Source: an uncultured Methanosarcinaceae archaeon
GTDB lineage: Archaea; Halobacteriota; Methanosarcinia; Methanosarcinales; Methanosarcinaceae
NCBI GenBank assembly: GCA_963847185.1
Contig: CAWJYV010000007.1
Coordinates: 768,001 to 832,000 of the forward strand
Direction of reading: 5' to 3'
DNA length: 64,000 nucleotides
Part shown: positions 62,827-64,000 of the stretch, piece after piece
How positions within the stretch are numbered: the stretch's first letter is position 1
Layout: each line of letters opens with the position of its first letter
Notes under the pieces: model-generated
What the model was told of the DNA's origin: nothing
The model's input: the letters and a program-made list of their open reading frames with translations, nothing else
The model's database searches: none
Position numbers and translations under genes: made by a program

Positions 62827-63252
62827 ATGTCAAAAAGCAGACTTGTATTTATAATTTTAGCGATTTTTACGCTAGTTGGAGCAGTTCCCCTTGTACTCGG
62901 TGATTCTGTTCAGAAAGCAACCTTATTGGAGGATAATCTAACAATTACACCAGATTTAGCAACTAAAGAAGCTAAATTATTGATAGCACCCACAATCGAT
63001 GTAGAATCATATTATGACTCGTATTTGTATGACGTGACAGTACAGACCATAGACACTGTAGACTATACAGGTTATACCAGTGTTGTTCTTGAAGATAGTG
63101 ATGGTAATTATCTAGGCTGGTTCTGGATTAAAGCTCCAAACTCAACCCAAGAAGAAGAAATATATGATACATTATTACTGTCCAGACAACTTCATGATCC
63201 AGTAACTGTATACACAGATTGTGAGGGTTATATTTACAGGGTAACGTATTAA
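62827..63252 (+). CDS. Secreted hypothetical protein with possible small OB-fold domain
   Basis: SD GGAGGT + ATG 62827; signal peptide MSKSRLVFIILAIFTLVGA; C-terminal beta-beta-beta-alpha-beta-beta pattern. Confidence 0.75.
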   Translation: MSKSRLVFIILAIFTLVGAVPLVLGDSVQKATLLEDNLTITPDLATKEAKLLIAPTIDVESYYDSYLYDVTVQTIDTVDYTGYTSVVLEDSDGNYLGWFWIKAPNSTQEEEIYDTLLLSRQLHDPVTVYTDCEGYIYRVTY

Positions 63253-63399
63253 CACAAATCTGTAGAATCTTTGAAAAAAGTCTTTGGGGACTGAATAATC
63301 ATATAGGTTCGAGACTATCAGAAAAACAACTATAAGCCCCCTAAGACTTACTATCCAATTCCTTCAGAGTTATTTATTTTTTTCATTTAAATCACATAA

Positions 63400-63790
63400 C
63401 ATTTTTAAAAATTATCTAATGTAATTATAGACATTTTTGATTCTTCACCTGATTTCATTACTTCTTCAGTTTCGCTGATCCCCTGATTATATTATCCTTA
63501 CTCAGAAACTTAGAGGCAGTGAAGGTTCAGAGAAGGTCTTCAAATATTGATTTCAAAATGCATTCTGATCTTTAATTGTCTCAGAGTGGATTCGAAGAAT
63601 TTTCCTATTGACATTTTCCTACTGACGAGTATCTCCCATATCATGGAATCGCTTGAAATCTTTCCTTCTTGAATCACAACTTTGTCAATTGCAGACCCAA
63701 TTTATTCAATTGGATATCTGTATCTTAGTTTATAAAGGCCATTTGGCAGCGGAATCAAAAATCTAATTTTCAATCTTACAGTTTTTAAGC
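63400..63790 (-). pseudogene. Possible decayed ORF of unknown family
   Basis: Protein-like reading RFLIPLPNGLYKLRYRYPIE*IGSAIDKVVIQEGKDFKRFHDMGDTRQ*ENVNRKILRIHSE broken by stops. Confidence 0.3.
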
Positions 63791-64000
63791 TTCTTTTTAT
63801 ACTGTTTATGATTCCTATAGGGAGTTATTACAATCAATCTAAAATCCTTAGAGTTTTTATTTATGCCTGCTTTAATTGGACCTACGTTCCTTTCAAGTTC
63901 TCTCTAATTTATATATTTTTAAAAATCTTAGGTTAAAAAGAAAAAATTTAAAAATAATTTGGAAAATTAAGATATCCAGCTTATATTTATCAAAGATATA

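Overview
This is an archaeal chromosomal segment, almost certainly Methanosarcina, judged from the gene order hisS-cobD-cbiB-cobZ-cobS-cobY-sufC/B, a YVTN/PKD/PGF surface protein, a HisKA_2 PAS kinase and typical dispersed MITEs. The housekeeping backbone includes nadX/nadC, rps15 with a structured leader, hisS, late cobamide synthesis genes, a minimal SufCB pair, rps8e, nob1, a RecJ-like gene, stomatin/NfeD and hisH. Mobile DNA includes a decayed IS701-type element whose termini match a 117-bp MITE family, an intact IS1634 element that splits a methyltransferase (6-bp target duplication), and several other MITEs. The most notable observations are: (1) a type IV pilus/Tad-like system split over two loci, with six prepilin-like genes, an assembly ATPase and a double-TadC membrane protein; (2) four genes whose Shine-Dalgarno-positioned start codon is near-cognate (ACG three times, ATT once); (3) a frameshifted Cache-domain pentameric ligand-gated ion channel; (4) a secreted Trp/Tyr-heptad protein; and (5) a secreted protein resembling an AB5-toxin B-subunit OB fold. 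No rRNA, tRNA or CRISPR array was seen. All family assignments come from motif recognition by eye, not database searches.
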